A stretch of 64,000 nucleotides of DNA, from positions 259,933 to 323,932 of the forward strand of contig ML996692.1 of NCBI GenBank assembly GCA_010356995.1, in the 5' to 3' direction. The notes under the pieces were generated by a model. It ran no database searches, was not told the DNA's origin, and saw nothing but the letters and a program-made list of their open reading frames with translations. This document shows positions 47,136 to 59,304 of the stretch, piece after piece. This DNA is from Trichodelitschia bisporula. Its lineage: Eukaryota. The translations under genes and the position numbers were made by a program. Each line of letters starts with the position of its first letter. Positions within the stretch are counted from its first letter, which is position 1.

Positions 47136-49324
47136 GCCCCTCACTGCACCGAAGGCCAGTAGAAGCCCGCGAAAGCACCCTCATCTTCCACCCCTCCCCA
47201 CCTCATCTGCACTCCCCAACCAAAAAACACAAGCGCACCGTCACCAGTTGAAAACGCACGTCCCACCCCGCCTCCACCAGCGCCACCGGCTGCATCCGGT
47301 AACCCCCCAGAAGGCGCCACACCCCGCCTCTTTTCTCACCCTGGCTTCACCCCGGTTCCCCACGGCGCCACCGCGCGAACCGGTCCGATATTCCTGGGCC
47401 CCGGCTCGGAGGCGCGTGGCCGGGCGCGGGAGTGAACCCGGGGGCGCGGTGCTGGTGGGAAAAGAAAGGGAGGCGGGGAAGTTGCGAACGGCGGTGTGTT
47501 GCTTTTTCCTGCTATACCGTTATGCAAACACGTTGTGCAAATCGCACAAAGTCCGAAGTACGTACCGCACCTGCCTTTCCAACTCACAAAACCGGTGATA
47601 TCAGCAAAGCTTCAAGGCCGGACACGATGATCGCCCTCACCCGCCCACGTGGCCCAGCGTCTAGTGTTTGAGATTCTGCACCGCGGCGTTTCGCCCGCGG
47701 TCACGCGTCGGCCTGCGCCAGCGCCGCGGCGACCGGCCGAAAGACATGCATGCGCATCGCATTCAACCAAACTCCTAGCGGCGCCGCGCGGCGATGAGGT
47801 CAGCGCCCCTACCTCCGATCTCCGCAGCCTCCGTCAGCCGGTTCCCGGAGCTGTCTGGGGAGGACGGCGCCTAGCCTGCCGCGCGCCCTGCCTTCCCTAT
47901 TCTGCATGAGGATCTGACGTCGGCCGCAGGGCAAATTACGGATGAGTCGTTGGTGTGGGCCTGGTAGGCTCGGTATGGCAAGGCGGTGCGAGGTCGGCGT
48001 TGTTGGGCGGTTTGAGATGATGGTGCGCGGGCCGCAAGGGGAGGGTGCGATGCATATGCACGCGTAGGCTGGGCTGCGCAGCGGGCCTGGGACCTGCCTT
48101 CAGGCGCGGTAGCCGGTCGGCCCCTCGCGGAAGGTGCTGGGCTGCGGTGCAGGAAGCTATGTTTGGGGTATAAGAGTCGTGTTAATGGTGCGGGGCCCGA
48201 AACCTGGGGCGTATTGGGTGGGGGGCGGTGGGGGCTGTTACAGCCTTGCGCGTTCTTTGATGATGGTGAGTGGGATGACGGGACGATGGAGGGTCGTTCA
48301 TGCTGATTGTTGGTGTTTCGTGTTCGGGCATTGCGGATTCAGGGAATGTGATGAGATTGTGATAGGAGCTGTGTTTTAGGCGGGAATTCGTGAGGAAGTT
48401 TAACTGAGTTTGTAGACATGCGGATGGGCCTTTCCGATGATTGAGTTTGTGGACCTGGTAAGGCTGAGGGTGTTCGAATGAGTAGTTGCTCGTCTGGCGT
48501 GCTGAGCTGTGAGGTAGTGAGTCCTTGATGCTGTTCGAGAGCCGAGCCGTCCAGCGGTTGAGTTTGTGCCCGGCAAGGCTGAGTACCTCACTTCGTCCGT
48601 CATGGATGAGATTGCTCTCACCTACCGCACTTCGACGCGAGAAACCACGCCCAAAGCATTGGTGAAGGGTCCAGGTAGATGATAACCCGAGAAGGGATCC
48701 ATGCTAATGGCTTTGGGCAGTAGTCTTTGAATGCTCGCTCGCTGCGCTAAAGGCCAACCTCCTCTACGTCGATATATATCAAGGTCTGCGGACTCTTAAC
48801 ACCGTGACTCAGAGAAGATGAAGGCAAATGGTCTTACAAATCTGGCATGCTGGATCGCATACGCTTGAACGGCAATGGGGCACATTTGTACTGTACGAGC
48901 GGCACAACGGACATGATATATAGTGGGAGTAGCACGATGAAATTTACCGAGAACTGAATAGCATTCCCTCCAGCACCCCTTTCCCTTCTCCCATGCCGAA
49001 GAGAATACCGAAAGGCCGCGGGACATTGGCACTATATACGAGCGGCGCAATGACAGGATATATACGGCGTATATCGCACTAAGAGATCTGCCGAGGACTA
49101 AATACGTAGTAGCATTTCCCCCGCCAACGCTCTCTCCCTCGCCGACAAGACGCCTCATTGTCCCTTCCATCTCAAGCTCTGTGATGCAGCCACAGGGAAG
49201 GAGCATCTGTACAATTGGAAAGGGCGGCCGTACTTTTGGAAAGAGTGTCCTTAGACAAGGAAGTAGCTGGCGGAGGCAATGGGAACGAACCCTGGAGGAC
49301 AGGAAAGCAACTGTATCTAGACAT

Positions 49325-49472
49325 AAGCTGATGTGGACATGAGGAAGGAGCATTGCTAGGTGTGAAGGAACATGATGTAAGGAAGGAACATGAGAGGACA
49401 TTTGCCACATCGTGTATTTAGTCTCGAGCGTCTCTTGACTCTCTTCCTCTCTTTGTCTTCTACGAAACTGCC
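49325..49472 (-). repeat. Dispersed repeat, copy D (5'-truncated)
   Basis: Reverse complement reads AAAGAGAGGAAGAGAGTCAAGAGACGCTCGAGACTAAATACACGATG...TTACATCATG...CAATGCTCCTTCCTCATGTCCACATCAGC. Confidence 0.8.
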
Positions 49473-49475
49473 TAT

Positions 49476-51128
49476 CTACGCTTCCCTATCCGGCTCCCCA
49501 AGCAAATGGCGAAACAACTGCCCAACAACAAAACCACTCCGCTTTGGATACCGCGTCCGCTCCGGATCGTCGTAATCGACATACGTGACGCCAAAGCGTG
49601 TCTCATACCCATCCGCCCATTCGAAGTTACTACACACGTTAGTCAGGTTTCCCGTTAACGCACTGAGTACTCACTCCATCAAACTCCAAGCAAAGTACCC
49701 CCGCACATCCACCCCATCCTCCTCCCTCGCCTTCACCATCTCCTTGATATACTCCTGAAAGAACCGCACCCGGAACCCGTCTTCCACGGCCTTTTCGCGC
49801 GGCAGGTCATTCTCTCCTTTGATACACGTCCCATTCTCCGTCACTAGGATAGGCGGATTCCCATACCGCTCCTTAATCCACACCAGTAACTTCCTGAACC
49901 CAGGCGCATGCGGCGTCAACCACCCGGCGGCAGTCTCCGGCCCAATCCTCACGCCATCTACATTAACCTTCTCAATCCACAACCCGCCCGCCTCATCATC
50001 AGCCGGCGGATCAGTCCTATCGCGGATGAAGTCCGCACAGTAATGATTCATCCCATAGAAGTCATTACTGCCCTGCACCAACCTCCTCTCCTCCTCCGTA
50101 AACCGCGGCAACCGCTCTCCGAGCCTCTCCCGCATACTCGCCGGGTAATCGCCCAGGTACACCGGGTCCCCAAACCAGCCAGTAAACCACTCGCGCCGCC
50201 TCTGCGCCGCAGCAACATCCGCTTCACACCGCGGATCAAAAGGCTCCGCCCAGTCGCCGTTCAGCGTGATCCCCACCACGCCCCCAAACAGCAGCTTGTA
50301 TTCCTCCCTAAACACCTTCGCCGCCTTGCCATGCGCAACGAGCAGACTGTGCCCAACCCTCCAAACCTCCGTCTTCCGATCCCCTTCCTCCGGCCCGCGG
50401 CCCGGCGCAAACGTCCCGCCATGATACCCCGGCACGGCCACGCAAAACGGCTCATTGATCGTAATCCAATTCCTGACCAAATCGCCAAACGCCTCAAAGC
50501 ACACCCTCGCATAATTCTCAAAATCCTCCACAAACTCGGCTTGGTTCAGCGGGCCGCCGTACCGGTCATGCAGCGCTTGTGGCAGGTCCCAGTGAAACAG
50601 CGTGACGAGCGGCTCGATGCCTGCGTCCCGCAGGGCCTCGATGAAGGCCCGGTAATGATGGATTGCCGATTTGTTCACGGGATCGTTGCGGCCGCCGAGC
50701 GGGATGATGCGGCTCCAGCTCAGTGAGAAGCGATAGGCTTTTGCGCCGTATTGCTTCAACAGGTCGATGTCCGCGGGCCACTTGCGGTAGCTCTCGCATG
50801 CGATGTCGCCCGTTGCACCGTGCCGGACCTTTCCCGGCGTCGCGGCGAAGGTGTCCCAGATGGAGGGCAAGCGGCCGTCGGCGGACGTGCTGCCTTCTAT
50901 TTGGTAACTGAGACGGAGTTAGCATGAGCCAGAAGGGCGATGGAGGACTAACGCTGCGGTTGCATAGCCCCATAGGAAGTCCTTTGGAAGCACGCCCTTG
51001 GGCAAGTCGGCGGGGACATCGGGAATGTCCTTCAGCGCTTCTGGTTCATACAGCCGCGTGAAGACCTCCTTGTCGACACCCTCCGCAGCCGGAGGCGTGT
51101 CCCCCTCCTCAATGTAGAGCGACGGCAT
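49476..51128 (-). CDS. Glycoside hydrolase family 1 beta-glucosidase (intracellular)
   Basis: LPKDFLWGYATAA|YQIEG, acid/base TINEP, nucleophile VTENG and WSLMD|NFEWADGY; introns ~50952-50908 and ~49675-49630. Confidence 0.95.
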
Positions 51129-51596
51129 AGCTCGGGTTTCTTTCGTTCGGGATTGAACCGGTAAGCTGTTAACGCTCCAAATCACGCGAACAGGTCACTG
51201 CAGTTCTAAGTACCTGCGGCTCCGCGCTCAATTCTCCAATAGGCGGAACCTCAGGCGTTCCGTTTAATCTATTCGCCGTTTGACGCCCGTAGTTGAAGCG
51301 CGCACGTCGTTCCGCGCCCAGTCGGGCCTGGTAAGGTGGGGGTGTGGCGCTTGGCGATCGGGTCGGGCCGGTTGGTGGGCGGAGCCGCGGACCGCGATGT
51401 GGATACGCGGGGTACGAAGGGGAGGAACGAGCCTCACGAACGGAGACAAGTAGCACGCGGAACGTCGAGATAGAAAGCGTACAGTGTAGTGCATAAAACA
51501 GCTGCTCTTGGGGAAATATACACGCGCCCCTATCCACGCCAAAATGCTCAAACGCTTCACACGCAACACAAAGAAACCACGATAACCCATGTGCAA

Positions 51597-54500
51597 CTAC
51601 ACCTCCAAATCCCTAAGCGGGACATACGCCGCGCTTCCCCTCCGCGCACCGCGCCCGCCCTTGACCCTCTCCACCAACCCCCCAATCCACTCCCGCACTT
51701 CCCACGCGGGCTCAACTTTCTCCCCCGCCTGCCCCGCGCGCTCCGGGTCCAGCACCGCCACGGACATCCACCGCGGCCGTCTCCACCACCTCAACGCCAA
51801 AGAACTACAAACAACGCTAACACTCGAGCACGCCATCGCCGCCCCCGCCGCCATCGGATGCAACGACAATCCCCAAGGCAAAAAGAACCCCATCGCAAAC
51901 GGCAACCCAACCAAATTGTACCCACACGCCCAAATCAGATTCGCCCTTATCCTACCAAATATCGCGCGGCTCAGATGCAGCGCCGCGGGCACGGCGAGCA
52001 GATCGGATGAGGTGGAGGACATGAGCACCACGTCCGCGGCTTCCATTGCTACGTCGGTCCCGGAACTGAGGGCGATGCCGATGGCGGCGGTGGCGAGGGC
52101 GGGGGAGTCGTTTATGCCGTCGCCGACCATGGCTACGACCTGCCCCTTACCGCCCTGGGAGGTGGGGAGTTGGAGGGTTTCGATGAGGGATCGCTTCGTG
52201 GAGGGTGTGCAGGAGGCGTGCACGGCGGAGGGGGGGATGCCGACTTGTGCCGCGACGATCAGGGCGGGTGCGAGGGCGTCGCCGGTTACGATGCTGGAGG
52301 ATATGCCGAGGCGGGAGAGAGCGAGAACGCACGCCCGCGCTGAGGGCTTGAGGGTGTCGCTCAGCGCGAGCGAACCGGCGTAGGCGCCGTCGATGGCGAC
52401 GTGGATTGTCGTCGTGCCCGCACTCGGCAGCCTACTGGGGTGCGGTGCGCTCAGCGTGTCGGTCGAGTCCCCGGCCCCATCGGCAGCGGGCACGCCCAGC
52501 GTATCCACCGGGACGGGCACGCCTTGTTCTGCCAGGAAGGAGGGATTACCGAGGACGACGCGGTGGCGCGTACGCTGGGCGTCGATGGCTGCTTCGACGC
52601 TCGCGATGATGCCTTTGCCGACTACGGCTTCGAAATCGCCCGCTGAGCCGTCGGGCGCGGCGTCGGTGCCGAGGTGCAGGTGTTCCCGCGCTGCCGCGAC
52701 GATGGCGCGGGCGACGGGGTGTTCGGAGGACATTTCGGCGAGCCCGACGAGGGTCCACCAGAGCCTCTGCGCGGCGGGGGCGGAGAACGAGGAAGTTATG
52801 GAGGCACGCGAGACGCGCATGTGTCCCACGGTCAGCGTGCCCGTTTTGTCGAACACGACGTGGGTTATTTTGGTTGCGGTTTCGAGGGCCGCGCCGCCTT
52901 TGATCAGAATCCCCTTCTCGGCGCCTACGCCCGTGCCTACCATCACCGCGGTGGGTGTGGACAGGCCCAGCGCGCATGGGCACGCGAAGACGATGACGGA
53001 AATGCAGAGTTTGACGCATACCATAGTCTTCCCGCCTGACTCGGCGGCAAGGAAGATGGGCGGGGGGGTGGGGAGGAAGTGGCTGAGGATCATCCAGGCG
53101 ACGAAAGTCGCGGCGCCGAGGGTTATGATTACGGATACAAAGACGCCGGCGACTTGGTCGGCTATGCGCTGGATCGGCGCGCGGCTGGTTTGGGCTTCTT
53201 GCACGAGGCGCACGATTTGGCTGAGCTGGGTGTCGCGTCCGGCGCGCGTGACTAGGAAATCGACGCGGCCTTCGCCGTTGACGGTGCCGGCCATGAGGAG
53301 CGAGTCCTTCTTTTTGAGGATGGGCATTGCTTCGCCCGTCACCATGCTTTCGTTCACATAGCTCTCGCCGCGCAGGACCGTGCCATCCGCCGGGATCTTG
53401 TCGCCGGGGCGCAGGAGGACTACGTCACCGACCTCGATCAGTTCGGTGGGAATAACGCGCTCGGCCGAGCTGTCTCCGCTGATACTCTTCCGCGGTCCCG
53501 AGGCCTTCTCGTCATACGAATCCCATTCCTCGGCTGCTTTGGCGGCGGCGATGGGGTCGGTGTAGATAGTCGCCATGGAGGGGGCGAGGGACATGAGGTG
53601 CGAGAGGGCCTTAGACGTCTGCCCCTTAGCGCGGTTCTCGATGTAGCGCCCGAGGGTGATGAATGTGATGAGCATGGAGCTGGTGTCGAAGACGGTGCTG
53701 GGGCGGGAGTGCGGCGGGTAGATAAGCGAGACGAGCATGGCGGCGACGCTGAAGAAGAAGGCTGCGGACGTGCCTAGTACGACGAGGACGTCCATTGTTG
53801 GGGAGCCGTGGCGCATAGATTTGTAGGCTGAGATGTAGAAGCGCCGGCCGATGCCGAATTGGACTGGGATTGTGAGGGCCAGACAGACTACGTCGCCGAG
53901 CCAGAGACCTTGGGTGAGTGGTATGCTGCCGTAGTCCAGGAAGGGTAAAAGCATGGGGAAGACCATCGATGTGAAGAAGACGGGCAGCGCGAACATGACG
54001 GACGTGTGGAATGCGCGGCGCCACTCTTGGATCTCCTTCGTCTTCGCCAGTGACTCCAGCTGCGCGTTGTTGTCGTCCGCATCGGCCACCAGAGCGTTGT
54101 ACCCTGCCGCCTCGACCGCCTCCACGATGGCGCGCAGGCCGACCGTCGCCGGACGATGCGTGATGGCGGCGCGCGAGGTGAGAAAGCTGACCGACACAGC
54201 CGACACGCCAGCCATGCCCGTGATGAGCGCCTCCAGCCCGCTCGCCGCCTCCACATCCCTCATCCCATAGACCTTGAGGTAACTCGTCGCATTTGCCGTC
54301 GACTGCGCCAGCACATCAACGCTCGACACAATCCGCGCATCAAACCCACGCTCCTCAATAATCTCCGCCACGCGCTGCGCCGAAAGCTTCACCGGGTCGT
54401 GAACGACAACAGCGCGCTCCGCCAGCAAACTGATGTTAAACTGCATAACGCCGTCGAGATCGCGGAACCCGCCTTCAACCGCAGCCGTGCACGCGCCGCA

Positions 54501-55166
54501 CGTCATGCCCCCGATAGCAACCGTCGTGCTCAGCGTGCTCTGCTGCGCCGCGCCTTTTCTTCGTCGTTTCTGCTGGGCCACCGCCTCGGCCGTCTGTGTA
54601 TCCGTGACGGTCGCCTCAAAGCCCGCATCCTCGATAATTTCCGCGATGCGCGCTGGCGGCAGCACACTCGCATCGTGTTCCACAACCGCGCGCTCCGCCA
54701 GCAGCGAAATGCTAAACGAACGCACGCCCGCGACATTCCGAAACGCACCCTCGACCGCCGCCGTACACGCACCACACGTCATCCCGCCCACCGCCACCGT
54801 CGTGGTCACCAGCCCTTTATCCGTCTCCCCCAACAGCAGCGCGTCCTCTCCATCGCTCTCCTCCACCTCTTCCAGCGGGATATCAGACGCCAGCACCTCG
54901 GCGTCAAACCCGCGCTCCTCAATGAGTTGTCGCACACGCTCGGGGGATACGCGGGCCGGGTCGTGCACCACGACCGCGCGCTCCATGACCAGGCTCACGG
55001 AGACGCTGGCGACGCCGGGGAGGGAGGCGAAGGCGGCCTCGACGGAGGAGGTGCAGGCGCCGCAGGTCATGCCTTCGACGCGGAGGGTCGTGGTCGCCAT
55101 GTGGGGTGTTGTCATGGCGGATTTATCGGGGGGAGGAGGGGCGCAGGGCCGCGACGGAGGGGGCAT
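51597..55166 (-). CDS. CCC2: Copper-transporting P1B-type ATPase (Ccc2/CtpA type)
   Basis: Three GMTCGAC HMA motifs plus TGE, CPC, DKTGT, SEHP, GDGINDSP, YN and MACSS. Confidence 0.95.
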   Translation of the reverse strand: MPPPSRPCAPPPPDKSAMTTPHMATTTLRVEGMTCGACTSSVEAAFASLPGVASVSVSLVMERAVVVHDPARVSPERVRQLIEERGFDAEVLASDIPLEEVEESDGEDALLLGETDKGLVTTTVAVGGMTCGACTAAVEGAFRNVAGVRSFSISLLAERAVVEHDASVLPPARIAEIIEDAGFEATVTDTQTAEAVAQQKRRRKGAAQQSTLSTTVAIGGMTCGACTAAVEGGFRDLDGVMQFNISLLAERAVVVHDPVKLSAQRVAEIIEERGFDARIVSSVDVLAQSTANATSYLKVYGMRDVEAASGLEALITGMAGVSAVSVSFLTSRAAITHRPATVGLRAIVEAVEAAGYNALVADADDNNAQLESLAKTKEIQEWRRAFHTSVMFALPVFFTSMVFPMLLPFLDYGSIPLTQGLWLGDVVCLALTIPVQFGIGRRFYISAYKSMRHGSPTMDVLVVLGTSAAFFFSVAAMLVSLIYPPHSRPSTVFDTSSMLITFITLGRYIENRAKGQTSKALSHLMSLAPSMATIYTDPIAAAKAAEEWDSYDEKASGPRKSISGDSSAERVIPTELIEVGDVVLLRPGDKIPADGTVLRGESYVNESMVTGEAMPILKKKDSLLMAGTVNGEGRVDFLVTRAGRDTQLSQIVRLVQEAQTSRAPIQRIADQVAGVFVSVIITLGAATFVAWMILSHFLPTPPPIFLAAESGGKTMVCVKLCISVIVFACPCALGLSTPTAVMVGTGVGAEKGILIKGGAALETATKITHVVFDKTGTLTVGHMRVSRASITSSFSAPAAQRLWWTLVGLAEMSSEHPVARAIVAAAREHLHLGTDAAPDGSAGDFEAVVGKGIIASVEAAIDAQRTRHRVVLGNPSFLAEQGVPVPVDTLGVPAADGAGDSTDTLSAPHPSRLPSAGTTTIHVAIDGAYAGSLALSDTLKPSARACVLALSRLGISSSIVTGDALAPALIVAAQVGIPPSAVHASCTPSTKRSLIETLQLPTSQGGKGQVVAMVGDGINDSPALATAAIGIALSSGTDVAMEAADVVLMSSTSSDLLAVPAALHLSRAIFGRIRANLIWACGYNLVGLPFAMGFFLPWGLSLHPMAAGAAMACSSVSVVCSSLALRWWRRPRWMSVAVLDPERAGQAGEKVEPAWEVREWIGGLVERVKGGRGARRGSAAYVPLRDLEV

Positions 55167-57164
55167 TGCGGGTGTGTTTGAGGAGTTTGGCGGAGTTGGG
55201 TTCAGCTCCGGATTAACAGACGCTGCTGCGTTCGGAGGTTGGGGATGCCCTTTGCAGGGCCAGGAAGTGAGATGCGCCGGAGATGCTGAGGACGGAAACA
55301 GGTGCCGAGGATTGAGAGTGGGAGGCGAAGGGACGATGGGGATAAGGATAAGGTGATGCGACCGATTAGGACATGTGTACAGAGAGCAATGTAGCGTGAG
55401 CAGAAAAATGAGAAGATTATAGATTGCAGTCGCTTGGGGGGGATGGGGACCTGAAAGCGAAGGCGATGAGGTGTCGAGACTGGGGGAGATCCCTGTCCAC
55501 GAGAAAGAGTCGAGCGAGAGGCTTAGCCGCGACGGTGAGAGGTGGCTGGCTTGTTCGCCCCCGTTGTTTCCGCAGTTTAACCCGTCAGCCTCTCACTGCT
55601 GGAGTCAGCTCAACTGCGAGTTGGAGGTGTAGAGGGCTATTTTAGGAGACGCCGACTTTCTTGTATGACCGTGGAGATGGTGTATTTCAAAGCACAAAGG
55701 AGACGTGAAGGAACGACAACAACAACAACAGCGAAGACATCAATCACTTCTTAAACGTCGTATCTGTTTCTTCTTCTACTCCCCCTGATTCCTCATTCGT
55801 AATCCGGAGTCGGAGGTGGGCGGCGTGTCAACTCTTTCCGCGTATCATCAGGGGTGGTCGTGAGACACTCGCAGTTTGGGTCTGTGTAAGTAGTTTTGAA
55901 CTGTTCCATCACCCACAGGCAACCTCTCCTCCAAGTGGGAGAGTCACGGCCAAGGGGTTCGTCGTTTGTGATTGTCATGCTAAGCTTTGCTTCGCCAAAC
56001 ACTTCGGGCCAGGTACATCCGGCTCTGAAGGGTGAAATCGCGAAACGTCGAAGCCGCACTGACTCCGGAGTATCACACGGTGACCCGCGCAATTTATTGA
56101 GCAGGCGATCGGAATCTCCAGCGGATAAGAGTCGCGCGGAATCTACCCAATGTCGCAGCCGCCGGCTGCTTCTGTTCAGCTCAGCGACGGCCTCGGAGAA
56201 ATATGTAAACATCTCATGAAGCAGAGGACGCACTCCGTAACTGGTCTACCTTATCTTCAACTTGTTCCCGTCCTCACTTCAGCCGTGCCGGCGGACTGGA
56301 CTGCATTCCGGGCCTCCCCAATACACTCCGAACTCCGGAAACCCCACCAATCCGGCTTCACCGTTCCCATCCCAGCATTCAGCGATCCTCGGCACGCCTT
56401 CAGCCGCATGCAAGCGACAGGCACTCCTGTGACACCCCACCACGCGCCACTCGTGCTCAACAGCCTCACTTCACTACATAGTAGGGTACCGTACTCACGG
56501 ATAGAGTTCTCCATGCTCTCTCATGGCCATGAGCCGACCGTCATTCGTGAGCGAGTACTTATTCCCAACATAAGGGTAGATGTAATCGACTCGGGACTGA
56601 CAAGAGGGGAAATATGCCTCACCAGCGCTGGTTGTCGAACAGCTAGCTAGTAAAGCTTGAAAGCGTTGTCTTTCTTCTCCACTGTCCTTGGATGTAGCCT
56701 ACACGGCTCATGAAATGCAATCGACATCGTAGAGCGATACATCGCCTTCGCGGCAGAGTCCGTAATACGCAGCTGGAACTCTCCCAGCTGAATTCCCCTC
56801 CTGCCTCGTCAACTGGCACTTCATCACGAAGATCTCGTCGGCTTCGCCAAACATGCGCAAGCCTGTCCTGCGGCATGCGGACCACATTGAGCGCGTTCAT
56901 AGAGCATAGACTGCAACTTACGGAGTGCGTGCAGTCGTTAAATCCCCATCCACGCCGTCTGCGCTTCGGCTCGCTTCCGCGCTCCATCCCTAGCGTCATT
57001 CCGGCCCAGTCCAAAATGCCAAGATTTCGCCATGCATCCGTGCACAGACCAGTCAATCCTCGAACTTCACGAAATAATTTCTACAGTAGCGCATTCGTTC
57101 ACAGCAACGCTCTCCACCAATTTACTCCAACATCCCCCACTAATCGACGAAACGCACCAGTGCC

Positions 57165-59288
57165 ATGGATCCCTTCAAGCTCCTAACGCGGTCCACGAAC
57201 CTGAACAAGAAAGCTTCGGAGAAGAGAAAGACGGCAAATGCGCAAAAGCCTCTTCCGAGCAGTGGCCAGCTTCCGAATTCGCGGCGCGAAGTCGATAGTG
57301 ATGAAGACCACACTGGCAGTGACGAGCATGGCACGGGGAGGTTGACGCCCCTCCGCAAGCGAAAACGCAACAGTGGCACTGCTGCCGCAGAAGAGTTGCC
57401 GGCCGAGCTCGATTTTTTTGGAGAAAGCCAGGCGCAGCAGCAGGGACGACACAAGCGGAGCAAAGGCATCCCCGAGGGCGACGCTTCTTCCTCCAAAACT
57501 CCCGAACTCCCTGCGGGCGAGACGCTGGGTTTCGAGAGATGCAAGAAACTCTTGAAGGGATTCAAGGCCAAAGTCATAGTACTCCGGAATCCCGTCCTGA
57601 CCACAGACACCCCCATCCTCGCGACCGAGTCCGACCAGGAACTGGCGGAGAGCAAGCACAAAGACAGCCTGTATCCAAGTCCGCTGCGTGCCTTTAAGGA
57701 GCTAAGCGCTCATTACGGCATATCGGCGAAACTAGTTAAAAACATCCTCAACTACGGTTACCAGATGCCAACTCCAGTCCAGTCCACCACACTCCCCCTC
57801 CTCTTGGAGGGCCCAGCGTATCGGCATCATGGGAAGAAGTGGCACCGTCACTCGCCCGGCACTGGTAGCCACTTGATTACCATAGCTCCCACTGGCAGCG
57901 GCAAAACGCTTGCTTTTCTGATACCCATCTTCAGCTCCTTGTACCAGGAGCGCTACGTCCAACTTAAAGAGAACCCCTCGTCGACGCTCAAGGAGGATGG
58001 CCCGTACGCCGTTGTGCTGGCGCCAACAAAGGAGCTGGCATATCAAATTGCCAACGAGGGGCGGAAGCTGGCGCTCAACACCGGCATTCGGATCTCTGTC
58101 ATGACCAAGGGAATGAGGATCGGCTCCACGCGCGATGGGGAAGAGGCGGAATCTGAGGATAACGACGAGGAAACCGGCGCGGGGAAATGCAACCCCAATG
58201 CGCCGGTCGTGAAATCTCACGTTCTTGTCTCAACGCCAATGGCCATGCTCAACGCTCTCCGGGAAGAAGATGGGTCTGTAATCGACCTCAAATCGACCCG
58301 CTTCCTCGTCCTCGACGAAGCAGATATCCTCCTCGACCCGCTCTTCCGCGAGCAGACTATCGCCGTGTGCAAAGCGCACACAAGCCCCAGCCTCCGCGTC
58401 TCCCTCTGGTCCGCCACCATGTCCTCCTCAATCCAAGAACTAGCCGAATCCCTCCTCACACCTCACCCCGGCCCCACCTTCCGCATCATCATCGGCCTCC
58501 AAGACTCCGCCCTCCCCACAATCTCCCACAAGCTAACCTATTGTGCAACCGAGCAAGGCAAGCTCCTCGCCCTCCGCCAACTCCTCGCCCCCACCGCCCC
58601 ATCCTCTCGCTCCAACGCAACCCAATCCCTCCGCCCCCCCTTCCTCATCTTCACACAAACAATCGCCCGCGCCAAAGCCCTCCACGCGGAGCTGCGCTAC
58701 GACATTCCCGCTGCAGCGGGCGGCTCCTCGCGCATTGCAGCGCTGCACTCCGAACTACCAGATAGGATGCGCTCGCGGATCATGGCCGATTTCCGTAGGG
58801 GCGAGATCTGGGTCATCATCACTACGGACCTAATGGCGCGGGGCCTGGACTTTGCGGGCTTGAACGGCGTGGTGAATTACGATGTCCCGAACTCGGCGGC
58901 GACGTATGTACACCGTGCGGGGCGGACGGGGCGCGCGGGGCGTGAGGGCGGCGTCGCGGTTACGCTGTTTACGGAGGCGGATGTGCCGTATGTGCGGTCT
59001 ATTGCGAATGTGATCCGGACGAGCGAGAAAGCGGAGGGGAAGGAGGTACTTAGCGTGCCGGATTGGTTGATGGAGTGTTTGCCCGCGCCGAGTAAGCAGG
59101 CTAAGAAGGATCTGAAGTTGCATGGGGTGAAGGAGCGACGCAGTGGGAAGGAAGCGATGATTAGCACGAAGAGCAGTTATGATCGTCGGGCGAGGGTGAA
59201 GAAGATGGAGATGAGGGGGGCGAAAGGGAGGGTTGGTAAGAGCAGGGCCTTGGAGGATAAAGATGATCAGGGTGAGGCGGCGGACTAG
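57165..59288 (+). CDS. ROK1: ATP-dependent DEAD-box RNA helicase Rok1
   Basis: MDPFKLLTRST N-terminus, APTGSGKT, PTKELA, LDEAD, SAT, RPPFLIFTQT and HRAGRTGR. Confidence 0.93.
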   Translation: MDPFKLLTRSTNLNKKASEKRKTANAQKPLPSSGQLPNSRREVDSDEDHTGSDEHGTGRLTPLRKRKRNSGTAAAEELPAELDFFGESQAQQQGRHKRSKGIPEGDASSSKTPELPAGETLGFERCKKLLKGFKAKVIVLRNPVLTTDTPILATESDQELAESKHKDSLYPSPLRAFKELSAHYGISAKLVKNILNYGYQMPTPVQSTTLPLLLEGPAYRHHGKKWHRHSPGTGSHLITIAPTGSGKTLAFLIPIFSSLYQERYVQLKENPSSTLKEDGPYAVVLAPTKELAYQIANEGRKLALNTGIRISVMTKGMRIGSTRDGEEAESEDNDEETGAGKCNPNAPVVKSHVLVSTPMAMLNALREEDGSVIDLKSTRFLVLDEADILLDPLFREQTIAVCKAHTSPSLRVSLWSATMSSSIQELAESLLTPHPGPTFRIIIGLQDSALPTISHKLTYCATEQGKLLALRQLLAPTAPSSRSNATQSLRPPFLIFTQTIARAKALHAELRYDIPAAAGGSSRIAALHSELPDRMRSRIMADFRRGEIWVIITTDLMARGLDFAGLNGVVNYDVPNSAATYVHRAGRTGRAGREGGVAVTLFTEADVPYVRSIANVIRTSEKAEGKEVLSVPDWLMECLPAPSKQAKKDLKLHGVKERRSGKEAMISTKSSYDRRARVKKMEMRGAKGRVGKSRALEDKDDQGEAAD

Positions 59289-59304
59289 CGGAGTAACCGA
59301 TGGT

